From an uncultured virus (IMG/VR IMGVR_UViG_3300034684_000231) (taxonomy: Duplodnaviria > Heunggongvirae > Uroviricota > Caudoviricetes): DNA of 63,248 bases. The notes under the pieces were generated by a model. The model ran no database searches. It saw only the letters and a program-made list of their open reading frames with translations, and had not been told where the DNA came from. Every line of letters starts with the position of its first letter. Position 1 is the first letter of the stretch. Location of the stretch: IMG/VR virus record IMGVR_UViG_3300034684_000231; one strand, given 5' to 3'. This document shows positions 62,565 through 63,248 of the stretch, piece after piece. Both the position numbers and the translations under genes were made by a program.

Positions 62565-63086
62565 GTGAAGAAAGCAACCGTTATCTTGATAACTGTGTTA
62601 TTGGCATTAAGCATTTTTTCCAATGAGTTTCAAAGCGCATATTATTTTACATACAAAGTTGCTCGCTATTATGGAGTTTCACATGAGCGCGCATCTATAT
62701 TAGCAAATACTGTAGCAGAAGAATATGAAAAGCATCCTCAAGTACCATATCAAATGTTTGTTGCTCTTATAGTTTCGGAATCTGGATTTAAAAATGTGTA
62801 TGGAGACGCAGGTAAAGCAGTTGGATATTGCCAGTTACATGAAGCATCTGCATGGTATGTTGCAACTTTCTACCCAGAAATAAGAGCAGTATTAAAGAAA
62901 ATTAGATACGAAGACTTAATTAAATTTCCAGAATTACAAATACGAATTGGGTATAGATACCTGTACCTTATAATGAAAAACATTACAAACTGGAATATTA
63001 TAGAAGCTTTAAATTATTGGAATAATTCGCATACTTATTATGTGCGCGTATTAGATATCTTAACTTATATTTACAAAATCATATAG
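62565..63086 (+). CDS. Secreted SLT-family lytic transglycosylase
   Basis: Signal peptide; ALIVSESGF, AVGYCQL, ALNYWN; ends TAG TGA. Confidence 0.8.
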   Translation: MKKATVILITVLLALSIFSNEFQSAYYFTYKVARYYGVSHERASILANTVAEEYEKHPQVPYQMFVALIVSESGFKNVYGDAGKAVGYCQLHEASAWYVATFYPEIRAVLKKIRYEDLIKFPELQIRIGYRYLYLIMKNITNWNIIEALNYWNNSHTYYVRVLDILTYIYKII

Positions 63087-63132
63087 TGAGAATTTTTATA
63101 TCAGTTATAAAAAATTGAAATGGGTGAGGTTA

Positions 63133-63248
63133 ATGATTTTACAATATGAAGGCAAAAAACCAAAGGAAGTAATATATCAAAATATTCCTCTGAAGGAACT
63201 TAAGAAAGTTAATGATATTGAAAGTCCTAATTTATTAATTAAAGCTGA
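63133..63248 (+). CDS. Partial ORF at the window end
   Basis: SD GAGG, ATG, open to the end of the window. Confidence 0.5.
   Translation, partial: MILQYEGKKPKEVIYQNIPLKELKKVNDIESPNLLIKA

Overview
AT-rich bacteriophage genome segment, possibly a phage-plasmid. The host is unknown; the PDO thioredoxin, SpeD and two-RNAP architecture hint at a thermophile. The ORF track looks fragmented because late/structural genes read TAG as a sense codon. In-frame TAGs sit at positions that are conserved alanines in five unrelated families (SpeD, terminase, PIN-PhoH, permuted NlpC/P60, lytic transglycosylase). The phage encodes a CUA-anticodon tRNA (15751-15826) with the alanyl identity elements G3:U70 and A73. 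The best reading is therefore TAG=Ala, not the usual phage TAG=Gln, and it is confined to late genes; the long early/middle genes contain no internal TAG and several end in TAG. Read this way, the window contains a large terminase, a ~2250-aa virion-type two-barrel RNA polymerase (DDDGD motif), and a homologous TAG-free RNAP split into separate genes. It also contains a ParA/iteron/Rep/RelBE plasmid-like module, an array of small genes each led by a shared motif (one is DUF1874/AcrIII-1-like), ArdA, RNase H, a MoxR-vWA-retron-like RT operon, Ro60 with two Y-like RNAs, and IS200/IS605 (IscB/TnpB) relics. All family assignments come from motif recognition by eye; no searches were run.
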